From: Octopus bimaculoides
Taxonomy: Eukaryota
Direction of reading: 5' to 3'
Assembly (NCBI RefSeq): GCF_001194135.2
Contig: NC_068987.1
Span: 24,112,581 to 24,176,580 of the forward strand
Length of the DNA stretch: 64,000 bases
Translations under genes and position numbers: made by a program
Notes under the pieces: model-generated
Database searches by the model: none
The model's input: the letters and a program-made list of their open reading frames with translations, nothing else
Told to the model about the DNA's origin: nothing
In this document: positions 36,617 to 50,344 of the stretch, one piece after another
Position numbering within the stretch: the first letter of the stretch is position 1
Layout of the letters: every line of letters begins with the position of its first letter

Positions 36617-37083
36617 AATTCTTCTATAAATATTGTAAAATATTCTGTTATTTTCAAATACTTAATGCAGAATAATAAACTTTTAAAACTTCTCAGCAAA
36701 TACCGTATTATAATGCATTTTTTCATAGAGTGAAAAGTGATATTTGACAAAGTCTGAAAATGTTTCAGACATAAAGGAACAGTTTCAAGATATTTTATTT
36801 AAGAGTTTCTCTTCCAAGATTTCAATCTTGGAACTAAAATTCAGCAAGTAAACTGACTTCAGTTCTCAAGATATACTCAGATATGAATGACATTACACAT
36901 AAATCAACTGAATTTTCATGTCTCTATTACTGTTTATAACCTAATTTAAATTTCACAGCAACTCCAATAAAGCTGTTAAGAACAGTTGTGTTATCGATAA
37001 GGTCAGTCTTCCGTTGTCAAAATGTGACATATTTCTTGATATATCTTGAGTTAGCAATTATCATCTCAGTGTCATCACAAATT

Positions 37084-38309
37084 CTGAAATAAAGAATATA
37101 AGGTAGAAAGGTCAATGAGAAAGTCAACATCAATGTTATCAGTGATGGGACTTGACTAGAAACACATTGTGTACCAAAGAAATATATATATTAAAAAAAA
37201 CCATATCTATATAGGAAAGACAATGTAATATGGATAATGTGATGTAAGGATGGGGACTAGAAAGGAGATTATAATGGATTATACAGCTATAGAAAGAGAA
37301 CAAGAATCATTTTAGTGGGACATCAGGGATGATTCTTACAAGGAAAACAACAAAACATGTAATAACGTCAAATTAACTTTTAAAAAAAGTTACAACACTA
37401 CGTAATCATTTTTCTTACTCTTTACATGATGTTTACATTGATGCGTCAAGACGTAGATGTCTCTGAGCAACCGCTAACAGCTACTGCGATTTAGGTAAGA
37501 TAATAATCCCGACGAAACCAAGTGACCACAACAAGTACTGCACACCAAGGGTTTGTGATCAAACTACGATAAAAGGTAGTCCAGAGGAGAGTAATATCTT
37601 AAGTATTGGGTTTTTGATGCGGTGGAGGGACGGTCAGGGAAATATTGAATGAAGTCTAATGACATAACATACTGGAACACTTCATCGAGAGTGCTAAATG
37701 ATATAAACTGATAGTTTTTTTTTGGGGGGGGGGGGTTCCAATAAAAAAAGAACTGAATATGATTAAACAGGCTGAATGCAAGATAAATTTTTATATTTAT
37801 ACATATACACTCTTAAAGACTATGTAGGAAAAAAATGGATATCCCAAATATAATTTCACTACAAAATGAATTGTTTGAAATGAGACTCAGGTGACAAAGA
37901 AAGAAAAGAATTATGGAAAGCATTGTAGCAATATGTCATAATTAATAATAGACAATTTAATGTCACCGTGAATAGTAGCTGTAAATACTGTTTTAACTGA
38001 ACATCACTGACGCTTAATTTTTAAAAAGTAATACATATAGTGAGTTGTTACAGTAGAGACATTTTTACTCGAAACATTGGGGAGTCTCAACGTAGTCACC
38101 CGATCTGCTTGAAATAACAGCCGCCTTCACTCGAATCACAACTACTGTCTTAAAGGAAATGACACATGAGACAATGTAATCCGAAATAAACATAAAAAGA
38201 CGGGATGGTCAGGGTTGGAATGCTTTACATCATAGGTTTGTTCAGTCGGAGATAATTTGGGATGAAAACAACAATAACATCGTTAGCAACCAACAACAGA
38301 TCAACTTAC
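37084..38309 (-). other. Predicted intron 1 of gene 4
   Basis: Donor ACTTAC at 38304-38309; acceptor CTG at 37084-37086. Confidence 0.62.
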
Positions 38310-38453
38310 TTTGTTTCTTTTTTATTTTTTTCACTCAAGTAACAGTATTATGAGGTGAACGGAGCTGCGGATATTAATAAACACAACATACTTTTCACAT
38401 GTTAGTTCAATGAACTTTTTTGATAACAATGAACTTTTTTGATAACAAATCAA

Positions 38454-38663
38454 CAGCTGTACTTTCGTAAAATGACTTGAATTATATTGTTCCATATAGA
38501 GGTGATGGAATGGTAGAATCGTTAGAACGCCAGAAAAAGTATCTTGAGGTATTTTTCTGGGTTCTTTATGTCCTGAAATCAAATCTAGCCGTGATCAACT
38601 TAGTCTTTCGTCTTTATGTACTCTTAATTAATATAACAAACCACCAGCCGTACTTTCGTAAAA
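38454..38663 (-). promoter_or_regulatory. Two copies of the promoter motif upstream of gene 4 (38454-38472, 38645-38663) flanking a SINE-head fragment
   Basis: CAGCTGTACTTTCGTAAAA and CAGCCGTACTTTCGTAAAA, each preceded by TAACAAA. Confidence 0.6.
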
Positions 38664-39006
38664 GGTCTACCGTTTTACGTTAGTGGTAGACTGATCTCTT
38701 CTAAGTTTTAACAGTTCAATAGAATAGAATTTGCTGTGGAAGTTTCATGAGATAGAAACATGCACCAGTGAGTTTTAAAGACCAGATCCACTTCTATCTG
38801 TATCATTATTTTCCCAAAATGTCAAGAGTTGATCTTATTGGAGTCTTTCTTTTATATTTGAATCACCATCCCCTAGAGGGAGTTTCTGTCTATTAACTGC
38901 ATATATAATGTCTATATGTGTTGTATTTGATTTTAGCATGCATAACGCTGTCTTGAGGGATTTCATTCAGTGCCATTACATTCTTTCTACTTCTATATAT
39001 ATCAGT

Positions 39007-39345
39007 GCTGAGACCCCCTTCGGTCATGAATGACCATGGGATTGCACGTAGAAAGTCACCCTCCCAAGCATAAGTCCGGGCAAGGTTGTTTATGGAAGAC
39101 CAGCAGTCGCCCATGCATACTGGCTTCCCCTCTCCACGCCACCAGTGTTATCCAAGAAAAAGGCAAAGGCCGATACAGCTTGGCACCTGGGACGTCGCAA
39201 CTCATTTCTACAGCTGAATGAACTGGAGCAACGTGAAATAAAGTGTCTTGCTCAAGAATACAACACGCAGCCCGGTCCGGGATTCGAACTCGCAACCTCA
39301 CGATCGTAAGCTCGACGCTCTTACCACTGAGCCATGCGCCTTCAC
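39007..39345 (-). mobile_element. Young full-length tRNA-derived SINE with 11-bp TSD
   Basis: Head GGCGCATGGCTCAGTGGTAAGAGCG...GAGTTCGAATCCCGG with intact A/B boxes and CpGs. TATATATCAGT at 38996-39006 and 39346-39356. Confidence 0.88.
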
Positions 39346-39413
39346 TATATATCAGTACTCACTGTTAAATATGTGAGATCCTACAATATGTATTAGGCTT
39401 TAAATTACAATGT

Positions 39414-39644
39414 GTACTTCTCTCTCTCTGTTATATATACAAAAATACGGACATAGTAAATAGCAGCTAGCCTTCGGCCGCACCTTTGCACCCTGTTGTG
39501 TCCACCACTCCGAGCAAGAGACAAACTGCGCCAATACCAACCAATCAGAGTGGTGGACACAACAGGGTCCAAAGGTGCGGTCGAAGGCTTGCTGTTGTCT
39601 ACTACGTCTGTATTTATGTATATATAACAGAGAGAGAGAAGTAC
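39414..39644. mobile_element. Fold-back/MITE-like element with 97-bp arms and 37-bp spacer
   Basis: 39414-39510 is the imperfect reverse complement of 39548-39644. A rearranged relative lies at ~39885-40070. Confidence 0.8.
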
Positions 39645-40062
39645 GCTACAGAGCCCCCCCACCAGTCATTTTGTGTAAGACAAAATAGACAATAAAGGAT
39701 GAAATATCTGTAGTGAAAAGGAGAAATAGCGGTTGGTCGTGAAGCTGGCACTGCGTCACCATTTTGCAAATGTCCGTGCGAATGTCGGGCCAGATCAGAG
39801 AAAGATGTGCGTGATTGTGGTGTTAGCTGATAAGCTACGTCTTTCTTTCACCATTGTCAAAACAGCCGCTAATCAGGGACTTTGCTGAGCCTTTGGCCGC
39901 ACCTTTGGACCCTGTTGTGTCCACCATTCCGATTGGTAGGGTTGCATCTTGGCACGCAATAGAACAAGAGACAAACTGCACCAATACCAACCAATCAGAG
40001 TGGTGGCTTGCTGTTATCTACTACGTCCGTATTTATGTATATATAACAGAGAAAGTGAAGTA

Positions 40063-41007
40063 CACTACAACTGTATGGCAGTAAAACGCAAAGTTGAGAA
40101 AGTCATTTCTTGAGGTAGTTTTGTGTGTAGAATCAGAAAACGAACTCCGTTTTACCGTATCACTCGCCGTTTTAATGAAAATTACTACTTTTACTTTTTA
40201 GTAATCCTATCAATTTTTTTAATTTTTTATGTAAATGCTCTAAAAATTTCCTTTTACAGGACTTTTCAGATAACTAAATATTCATTTAATAACTCTAATA
40301 TGCCTAAAAGGCTTGCAAAAATTCTCCAGATAAGTTTTGCGGAAAATTATGTGATTAAAGAACATCAGCGAAGTCTCACTACTCGTACCAAAAAACTTTA
40401 CCGGCTGTACTTCAAAGATGAAGTTAGAGACCAAGACAAGAAATGGGTACCTCTCATATGTTGTAAAAACTGTTCAAGCTTGCTGTGAAGATGGCTTAAT
40501 GGAACACAAAAGCAGTTGCCATTTGGTGTTCCAATGGTTTGGAGGGAGCCTCAGGACCACACAACAGCCTTCAAGTCATTCAATGAGAGTAGGGTCTTCT
40601 TCATGCACTATCTTGTGTTCAAGTACTCCAAGGATGTTTAGTTTGCATTTGTTAAAGTCGTTAGCCATCTCCAGACGTTTCTTTTTTTCCCTAAGTGTTC
40701 TTAGATTGAGTGTTCCAATTTGCAGATACTTTTTACTATTCATAAGTTTTCAAACTAAGATTTTTAAACAAGATTTAAACTAATATACTAAAAATATAAA
40801 CATCCTGATATATTAAAACTTCAAGAACAGTCCCTACAAAGTTTATTTAATTAGAATATATAAGTTGAAGTATTTAATTGCCATTTGCTAAAAATTGGTG
40901 GGTGATAGAGAAAATCTAACTGCAGATTCATGTTTAGCACACCCAATTTCATAAAGGCAGCAAAGATTTTAGTCTGCATAATAATAATAAAAAAGTATTG
41001 TACAGTG
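40063..41007 (+). mobile_element. Deleted DNA transposon, Chapaev(3)-like
   Basis: Disrupted transposase N-terminus at ~40300-40560 (CKNSPDKFC...LYF...DQDKKWVPLICCKNC...LPFGVPMVWREPQDH); CAC...GTG termini; inverted subterminal TATCAC/GTGATA motifs. Family name from recall only. Confidence 0.55.
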
Positions 41008-42959
41008 CTATTAGCGTGTTAACAGTGATTAGTTTCATTGCTATAATGTACATGAGAACTTAACCAGTACTCTGTTATGATGATAGTAAACAAGCCTGTG
41101 TTCTATGTCAGTGGATAGAAGTAAGTAACAGCTGTATATGTGCTCTGATTCTCATAGGAATTGTCATCAGCAGTTGTGTATACTAATTCTAAACCCGCTA
41201 ATATGTTTTTTATCGCTATGACAGTTTTTTATTACCAACAAAAATAATAATTACATATATAATACATATGTATATGATACATATATAATATAAAATATAT
41301 TTGATATTAAACCACATTAAAATACAAATCCAAAACTGAAGAAAACACAAACATGAACAAAGAAAGAAAAACAAGAAAAAGAGGAAGAAAGAAAAAAACA
41401 TTAATTCAACACTTATTTTATTAACCACAAAAGGATAAAAAGCAAAGTTAACCTTGGCAAAATTTGAACTCAGAATGTAAATTGCTGGAAGAAATACCAC
41501 TAAGCACTTTGTCTGATGCACTATCAATTCTGTCAGTTCACTGTCTTAAAAATGAATGAGTAATAACACAACTTATTGTACACACACACACACACACACA
41601 CATCTATATACACGTGTATGTGTAGTGGAGATTTATTAGGTAGGTGGTACAAGCATTCCAAACTCAACTGACTTTCCTTTGTTGTTCTTTCAGTCATTCA
41701 GAAAAGAACAAACAAAACAAGAATAATACTTTGATTAACTTGCTTAAATTCAGATCCTATTGACAGTGTAAGAAAAAACAGAAACAAAAAATAAGGGAGG
41801 AATTCTATTTTATGTTTGAGTTATTCTAATTAATACAAAGAAATTTATGACACTTATATCATACACACGTGTGCTCTACATTTGTGCTCTACAAAAGTCA
41901 CATCCTAGAAATGATGTTGTCAACAAATTGTCTGTATTTTGCCTTTTAAGACCTATGGAATAAGAGATCCCTTACTTGAAACACAGGTAGGGGTTAGTAA
42001 CAGTAAGGGCATCCAGCTGGAAATCATTTCCTCAGTAATAGATTCATCCAACCCATGCTACTATAGAAAAACATGTAAAAAAAAAAAACACATATACCTA
42101 ATGTTTTTGTTAGAGTGAATTTCGGCTTCCTTAGATCAGCCTTCACCACTTCTCGCATTACTTTCAGCCTACCTCATTGTTTTAACACAGAGATAGCATG
42201 TTTATACCAACATAGTCTTTTCCTTTGCACATTACAGTCGATTCCTTTTATACCCATTTTGCATCTTTCATTTCATCTATGCTTAGTCATTTCATATGTA
42301 TATATACTAACATTACACATACAGCAGATATGATTGCTTCATTTTTTTCCAGCTTCCAGACATCCTCCTCATTTAATGTCTACGTTTTGTTCAATATTAC
42401 ACAAACACCAAACAATCTGCCTTTTGTTCAAGGAGATAATCTCTTTGGTGTCCAAACCAATAGCTCCACTATGGCCACAGCCTCTGAATGAAGCATATAA
42501 AAGTAACATATGTAACAGGCCTCTTACAATTTCTGTCTACAAATCCACTCACAAGGATTTGATTAGCCTGAGGCTATATAGCAGAAGACAGTTGCCCAAA
42601 GTACAATATGGTGGGACTAAACTTGAAACTACATGGTTTGGGAGCAAACTTCTTAGCCACAGTCATTTCTCTTCTTTTTATTCATATTGATCATAGCTAC
42701 TTTCCAGACAGAATTGAGTTCTGTATTCTTTCTTACTGAGATTCTTTATCTTTGCAATGATTACTTTCAGACTTTTTGATTTTAGGCACGATTCCGTTTT
42801 TGGGGATTTTTTTCTCTATGTTTTTGATTAATCCAGCTATATGAACTATGTTTTTGGTATACAAAAATTCTCATTGTTGACCAGTCTTTAGTTCTTTTGC
42901 TGTTAGGAGTGAAACAAGAACCAAGTTCTGTTGGTCAATTAAATTCTTTGCTAAACTTG

Positions 42960-44240
42960 TTGGTAACTTTCACCGTTCTAACATAGCTTGCACAGCACCC
43001 ACAACTATTCTTCTCCACTCAGTTTTTTAGCAGCCACCAAACTATAAAGCATGGTACTTTGTTAAAGACCTTTTCAAAGTCAACAAATGTTAAGTATAAT
43101 GGTTTAGTCTTAGGAAAGATCTTCTGTAGTTGTCTAAAAAGAAGATATTAGTGATCCTTTATCTTAACAAAAACCTAAACAGCAATTAATCTACGTTGAT
43201 TCTCTTGTTAATTTGCTGGGCTTTAATGCTTTCTATCATTTTCATAACTTGGTTCATCAAGTCAATGCCTCTGTAGTTACTTCTTTCTAGACCATCTCAT
43301 TTGACCTGTAATAGTTGAGTATGTACTACTCTACCATTTTATTTATACTCATTGCACTGTATAAACAGTATTGTATTCTTACATATGAAATCAATTCCCA
43401 AGATGGCAGAATTGCTAGCATGTTGGAAGAATATCTTCTGATATTTCTTCCATCTTGTTATATTTTGAGTTCAAATATTTCTAGGGTTAACTTTGCCTTT
43501 CATCCGTACTGGACCCATAAAATAAAGTACTTATTAGTGTTGATGATACCACCTGAGTCACTTGCTTCAAAAGTGCTGGCTTTGTGTCTAAATTAGAAAT
43601 ATATTAATTCAATTCTAAAATATCAATTGACTTGTGTGCTCTCTGTTATAGACTACTACATTAATTTTTATATCTTTACCATATTGACCTCCAAGCTTTT
43701 TTAATTCTTGTCCCTCTTTTTTGATGGGTTTTAATCAATGCCACTCTAAGGCACTCAGTAGAGACCTGATGTATGTATGTTTTGTCTTGCTGCCGATAAA
43801 TAAATTTTTTAATAACTACACCAGCTTATAAAAATGCTTTCACCTGGAGTACAGTTTCAGTGAAAAGGAGAGAGCTGAGGAGGGAACCATGGTTAACTCC
43901 TAGTTGTAAATTGAATTATGTACTGACTATTTCCAGTTTTGATTTTGCTGATAATACTGTGCATAATTTGAAAGACTTTAATAATTAATTTCACACCTTC
44001 ATCTGCTGCTACAAAATAGCTTGTACTCCATTAAGCTCCATACCACTGCTTCCTCAGTTTATCCAATATATCTACTCATCCTCTGCAATACCTCTCACCA
44101 CCTAAACACTGGACATTAGCTACATGTTCCTCACAGTTGTCAGTTCTATGACTTTTTCCATTACATATTTCACAAAACACATCTCCATCTCATTCTTACA
44201 TTTCCCATCCATATACAAAGTATTTGCAATTGCTTATCAA
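42960..44240 (-). mobile_element. Highly degenerate RTE-like LINE interrupted by a SINE (43395-43540)
   Basis: Remnant FVDFEK at ~43070-43090 (cf. FVDLEKAFD); similarity to the 22400-22750 region. Confidence 0.5.
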
Positions 44241-46462
44241 ATGTTCTATAGTAATCTAATCACAATTAGATAAACAATGTCATAAATGTTGATAATGTCA
44301 TTCTTTTGTTGTTAGGGTATTTTTTTTATGAGTATCTTTAGTCATGTCACCAAGTAACCTAGAATAAAATGTATAAAAGATAAGGATTGATTAAATATCA
44401 ACATAGTGAACTAACTTGATAAGAGACATTGCAAATGAATTACTACTGGCAGTAATGTTGTTGTGTCTCTTACAAGGTTGAACTCGGTTTTGATTTTCTT
44501 CTATCACAATTTTAATTATTTTAGAATATTCCTTCTCTACTTCTCATTGTGTTCAACATTTTCTCATTAAGAGCCCTGCCAGAGTAAGCTTATGCTGTGA
44601 ATTCACCATATCATTGTATAAATTACTTGAACAGTTTCTCTATAACTAGTAGTACAATAATGTAATACTTAAATAGTTAAAGTTAAGGATGAATGTAAAT
44701 TTGAAATGTTAAATGTAGGGTGAGAATGTAAGTTAAGTCTTTTATTACCATTTTTCTTTTGAAAATAATGACGGATTTTATAAAATAACTTTATTATTAA
44801 GGTAGTAGTGTTTGACACAAATTAACATGAGGTTTTGACTGGAGATTTTAATTTAGATTGCTTTAAAACAGAAGATTTGTATCACAGAACTAAGGTGGTC
44901 TCAAGTGGGTTGATATCTAAAGGTACATGCTATGATTAAGTACTCAGTCAAGGCTGTAGGTATTAATAAAGTAAATTATTGACTAAAGACTTTATGTCTA
45001 TGAGACATCATCATCATCATCTAGCATCCATGTTTCATGTTAGCATGGGTTGAATGATTTGATAGGATCTTATGGGGCCAAGGACTGCATTGTGCTTTTT
45101 TAATGCCACCAGCACTAGTGAGGTTGCCATGCAACTTATAAGATTACAAACCCTAATGGAACGACTTTATGCTAGAAGACGAGGAGTACAGTATTTTTTA
45201 AAAAATGGCTAGAGCAGAACAGGCTTCTTGATGTAGAGGAACTGAATGCCTACTTATATTTTAGAAGAGAGGGTGGGAGTGATCAGATGGAGCTGGAAAG
45301 TGATAAAAAATGGTGGATCCTTAAGATACAAGGTAGGTAGGAATGAATGAGGCAGAGGGAGCAGGAGTGAGGGGGTACAGGAAATGCCTGTTATGTAAAA
45401 AATATCTTTACCAAATAAAATAAAAACCTGTACTCACAATCCATATACTGTATAATTATTATTACATTATTATTACATCATTATATTATTACATTATATT
45501 ATCAATTAACATTGGAAAAGATCTATTTATTTATTTATTTTGATATCACTCTATCAAAAGAAATTGAGTGATAGATGGGTGATGGAAGAGAGGCAGAGTG
45601 ATAGAGGAGTGAAGAAATGCAGAGTAATGGAGGGGAGATAGAGTGATAGATGGATTATGGAAGAGAAATAGACTGTTAGAGGGGTTATAAAAGTGAGTGG
45701 AATGATAGATAATGGTGGAAAGAGGGAGAATGATAACAGGTGATGAGTGATGGATTGAATATTAATAGATCAAATGCCTTTCCTTTTATACAATGGTATG
45801 GTATGGTGGCGAGGATAAAAGAATGAGAGATGAGACTTAACAGAAATGTAATGGATAAAAGACCTATTGTAAATATATCATACAACCCAATCTCCATTGC
45901 CACCACCACCACCACCACCATTTTGATGACTATTTTTCCACTCCTACATTAAAGGATGAATCTTTTACAGCATCATGTTATCTCTCATAAGGGTTCGTTG
46001 TTATCTCCTTCATGAGGTTCAACTTTTAAGATCAATCTTTACCACTTTGTCCCATGTTTTGCTATGGTCTCACTCCCCTACAATTTCCAACCACAAACTA
46101 CCTTATACATATTTGTACATTACATCTGATTATATGTTAGTTTTCTCTTGGTTCATTTATATATATATATTTATATAAGATCCAAGGATCTAAGTGTAGG
46201 AAGTTAGTAAGCTTCAAGCAATCCATGGTAGGTATAAGAAAACAACATCCAAAACAATAACAATTTATTGGTGAGGGTTGTATGCTTTTCTTATATCAAA
46301 GTTTAATAAGCTAAAAAGAATCTTTTTTATTGCTCAGCTAGCAACTTGAGTCGCTATAAATGCAAATAAAAATCCAAATTAAGTGAGTGGAGCAGGTAAA
46401 ATTCAAGTTACATATGTTTCCAAGCTAGTGGATCCTCTGATGTAATGATTACTCAACAAGGT

Positions 46463-46684
46463 ACACTCAGCTAGCTACTCATAAGGCCAAAGACACTTTA
46501 ATCATATGAAGGTTACATTGTCATTAAGGAATCTTAAGTTAATGGCCTGATGAGTAGCTAATCCGAAGTCAACTTGCTGAAGATATAATTATATTTTTGG
46601 CAAGTTAACTTGAGACTTCTTAACAGCTATGTAACCTTCATATGATTAAAGTATTTTTGACCTGGTGAGTAGCTTGCTGAGTGT
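46463..46684. repeat. MITE-like inverted repeat with 56-bp arms
   Basis: 46463-46518 pairs with 46629-46684, including an exact core CTTTAATCATATGAAGGTTACAT. Confidence 0.75.
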
Positions 46685-46740
46685 CCCTCATTGATAATTA
46701 TTAGACCGGCCATATCTATCTTTATCTGTCTATTTATCTA

Positions 46741-46776
<36 letters not shown>

Positions 46777-47277
46777 TCTAGATAGATAGATGTTCCCTGT
46801 ACATTTTTTTGTATATGTAAAGTAACATTTTAGAGAAATACCATTGGTTTCATATGTAGCGTGAACTAGACATATTTTAAGTTTCTCTACAAAAATTTTT
46901 ATCTGTTCTATAACACAAAATATACAAGTATACGAAGTTTGAAAGTGTTTAGGTACCAAAAACACTACATAAAACATAAATGATAAGTGTTGCCAGTCAA
47001 ATCAGAAAGATCCTATGATTTTAGTCCTTTCACCAGTAGTGCTAGGTATTGTCCCTTAACAATCCCCTAATATTATCAGATAGAGATGTGGGGGGGGGGG
47101 AGAATAGAAATGGAGCTTATCAATTTGATTAATTTAATTGTTTAACAATTTTCACTAATTTATTTATTTATTTGTTATTTCGTATTTTTAGATTCGTTCA
47201 TTATTGATCTCACAATTTTTTTTTTTTTTACTTTCTGTTTCCTCTACTTCCTACCTGCTCGATTATGCTTAAGTGAG

Positions 47278-47295
47278 TTTACGAAAGTGCGGCTG
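47278..47295 (+). promoter_or_regulatory. Candidate promoter motif of gene 5
   Basis: TTTACGAAAGTGCGGCTG, ~163 bp upstream of the donor at 47458. Confidence 0.55.
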
Positions 47296-47408
47296 ATGCT
47301 AAATATATTAATTAATTTTGTATTAGTATCATTTGGATTCTTCAGTGTGATCATGAAGTTGAGAATAGAAGAAGCTTCTCATATATTTTAATTGCCCACA
47401 GATCTGTT

Positions 47409-48012
47409 TTTCTCTCGATATTCATATACAAATAGTGAAGAAAGTCAGAAAGAAATAGTAAGTTGATCTGTTGTCTCTGACTAATTATTTAATATGATTT
47501 TTAGTATTACTAGTGCAAACGTCTCTTGTAACAGTAACAACCTACAATATGTATTAATGGTGATGTGTTATTTTACATTTATGTTTAATCTCTATTTAAA
47601 AGTTAAACATCAGTAATATTCGATTTTAGCAGCTATTTACCACCACTAAGTATAGTAGCATTGAAGTTTTCGTTATAAATTATGTCATATTGCTACAATG
47701 TTCTCCATTGTTAAATCTTCGCCAGCTAAATCTCATTTTTATCAATTCATTTTGTAGTCAGTCATGAAATATTTTGGACGAAGTCTCTGTGCTTGTGTGT
47801 AAGCAATAGTTTTATGTTTAATGTACTTAATTCACTTTAGCAAAGTTTGAATCTTATAGGTTAACTACAACGAAATATAAAATAATCGGTGGACATTGGG
47901 ATTAGACAAATTGTATGTTGTTGTCTTGGATATTATATATGTGTGTGTAATTACATTATACAATGTATAAACCCTCTTCAAGACGGAAATCTGAGGGAAA
48001 TTTGGCTGTAAT
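47409..48012 (+). repeat. Exon 1 end plus intron 5' block of gene 5, duplicated at 50345-50931
   Basis: Collinear, high-identity copies, both carrying GAAAGAAATA|GTAAGT. Confidence 0.9.
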
Positions 48013-49369
48013 TGTTGATCGTATTAGGTGGTTCTTCATTATTATAAAGGTAAACTCTAAAGAAAATCCAAATAGAAACATGTCAGAATAACACAGTGCA
48101 ATACAAAGATGAACGTCATTAAATTTTCTAATAATAAAATAAAACAATATGGATATATAATTTTTTTAAAGTCTAAATGATTTAATTGTATAAAATAGTA
48201 ATTTAACTAGATAAGATATATTTAAATAGTGAAGTCATTACTAAATTTGATCAAACAATGCACTCCTTGTTTCAATACAATTTTATATATATTTGAGGGT
48301 TTTTTGTTTTGTTTTTTCGTCAGAAAAATTTAATGGCATTTGTCCTGTATTCTCTTATTCTGGCTTCGGTATTTTCAGTTTATGGCTATAATGGAAAATA
48401 TTACCACGTATTTATTTTTTTACAAGATGAATATTAATAGTGGTAAAATATTTGGAAAAGGTAATGTTTAAAAACCTCCTTGCTTGTTAATCTAAGTAGA
48501 CGGATTAATTTCATTATTTCATGAATGGAAATTGGTAAGTTAAAAGATAAGCAAAATGCCGTTATACATACATTCTTACGCACGCGCTCACTGTCGCATA
48601 CAAGTGTGCTTCGCGATTCAATAATTCAATACTTAAAAAATAGCATTAATAGATAAAAAATAATAATAATAGAAAAGTTATTTATTGTTGTACATTGAAA
48701 CTATCTTCTCTAGTACATTGCTGAATATGTATATTTTCATCTTACTATCTCATAAATCTTGTTCATATAAAATGTAAATAAAGATTCTTCCATGTTTTCA
48801 TCTTAACTTTTTAACGCAACCATAAATTAAACAAGCTGGCTGCCAACTCTATTTACTGAAGCCCCAAGTAATATTGTATTACCCATGGTTAAAACTAGTT
48901 TTGCTGATGCCACTTTTTCTGTCCGCGAAGATGTATTTACATAGACAAAATACGTTGTTAGGTCATCTGTTTATTGCTTATAGTGTTGGTTGAAATCTTT
49001 AGATTTCTCCTTTGGCACACTTTCCTCTCCAATCTCCAGTTGTCACTTACTTTTACCTTCCTCTCCTACTTTCCGCTTAACGCTTGTTTTTCATTATATC
49101 CATCTCCTCACCCATTTCCCATCGCTGATTCTCTTATACACTCTTGCAGCCTCGACCCACTCACTCTCCTGGTTCTTTTATCCCTTCTCACCTTGTACCT
49201 AGGTCCCCCCAGACTCCACATCACTACTATTTTCATCTCATCCCAGCTCTACCTCAATCACACCACCCTCTCTTCTTAAACATGAGTAACCATGTAGCTC
49301 CTCTACAGTAAGAAACCTGTTCTGCTTTGCTCTCCCCACTTCTCTCAAACTTTAATCTCTCCATCCACT

Positions 49370-49587
49370 TCATCTCCTAGCATAAAGCCACCTCTCTTGA
49401 GATTTGTAGTCCTGCAAGTTGCATGGTGACCTTACTAGTGTTGGTGGCATGAAAAAGCATCTAGCCATAGAAGTCAAACCAAAGCAGATATTGGGGCACG
49501 ATGCAGTCCTTGGACCTGTCAGATCCTGCCAAACCATCCAGTCCATGCCAGCATGGAACACAGATGTTAATGATGATGATGATGATG
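49370..49587 (+). mobile_element. (GAT)n-tail retroposon 3' end
   Basis: CCATGCCAGCATGGAA...GTTAATGATGATGATGATG. Confidence 0.65.
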
Positions 49588-50344
49588 GTATATATTACAC
49601 ATATGTCTCAGTATATAAAAGTTTATTGGGCTATATATATTATGGGTTGGGATTAAAAATTGTTTGTATGAATAGGTAAATGTATTTAACATTTAACACA
49701 TCAGTTGTCATTAGTTTTATAAACATCATAAAGAATGAAATATGTGGCAGTTTCATGGGCAAAAAGAAATTAAAAATTGAATTTGTAACAATTGCTTTTT
49801 TGCAAAATTGTTTCCTCCCATGATGAGTCAGAAAAAAAATTTCATAAGTCACACATGAACATCTTATTGCTGGTTACATTCTCCAAAACTGATAGGGATG
49901 AAATGGAATTTTGGAGAAATTTTTATTGCCAAATTGTAATTTCTAATGTTTAAGACACAGAAATCCAAAACAATATTTGAGAGCAAATAAATAAAAATGT
50001 TAGTATGAAACGTTTTCATTCTGAAAATTTGTAAGCAAATCAATTAGCTTTTTTTGCAAATTCATAATAATAATATGTGTATGTAGATTTGTTTCTTATG
50101 TATGCACTCGCTGTCAACAAATGAAATGTCAAAGAGATGTGTTTGATGTGAGGGTCACAGTTAAGATGATATCTGGTCTATATTAAGAGTAGCCAAGCAG
50201 ATAAATATTTAGTAATTTAAATGCTGAATAATTTTGAGGGCAGATAGTGAAAGACATGGAAGAGTTTAGCAGAAATTACACATTAGTATTAAATTTCTGT
50301 ACAATTATACATCATAGTTTACAGAATAATCTTGTTCATTTGTA

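Noticed and set aside
39270-39345. Possible tRNA gene
   Set aside because: It continues into a SINE body, is bounded by a TSD, and I could not form a complete acceptor stem.
46547-46575. CTGATGA hammerhead core (also at ~13417)
   Set aside because: No stem II followed by GAAA.
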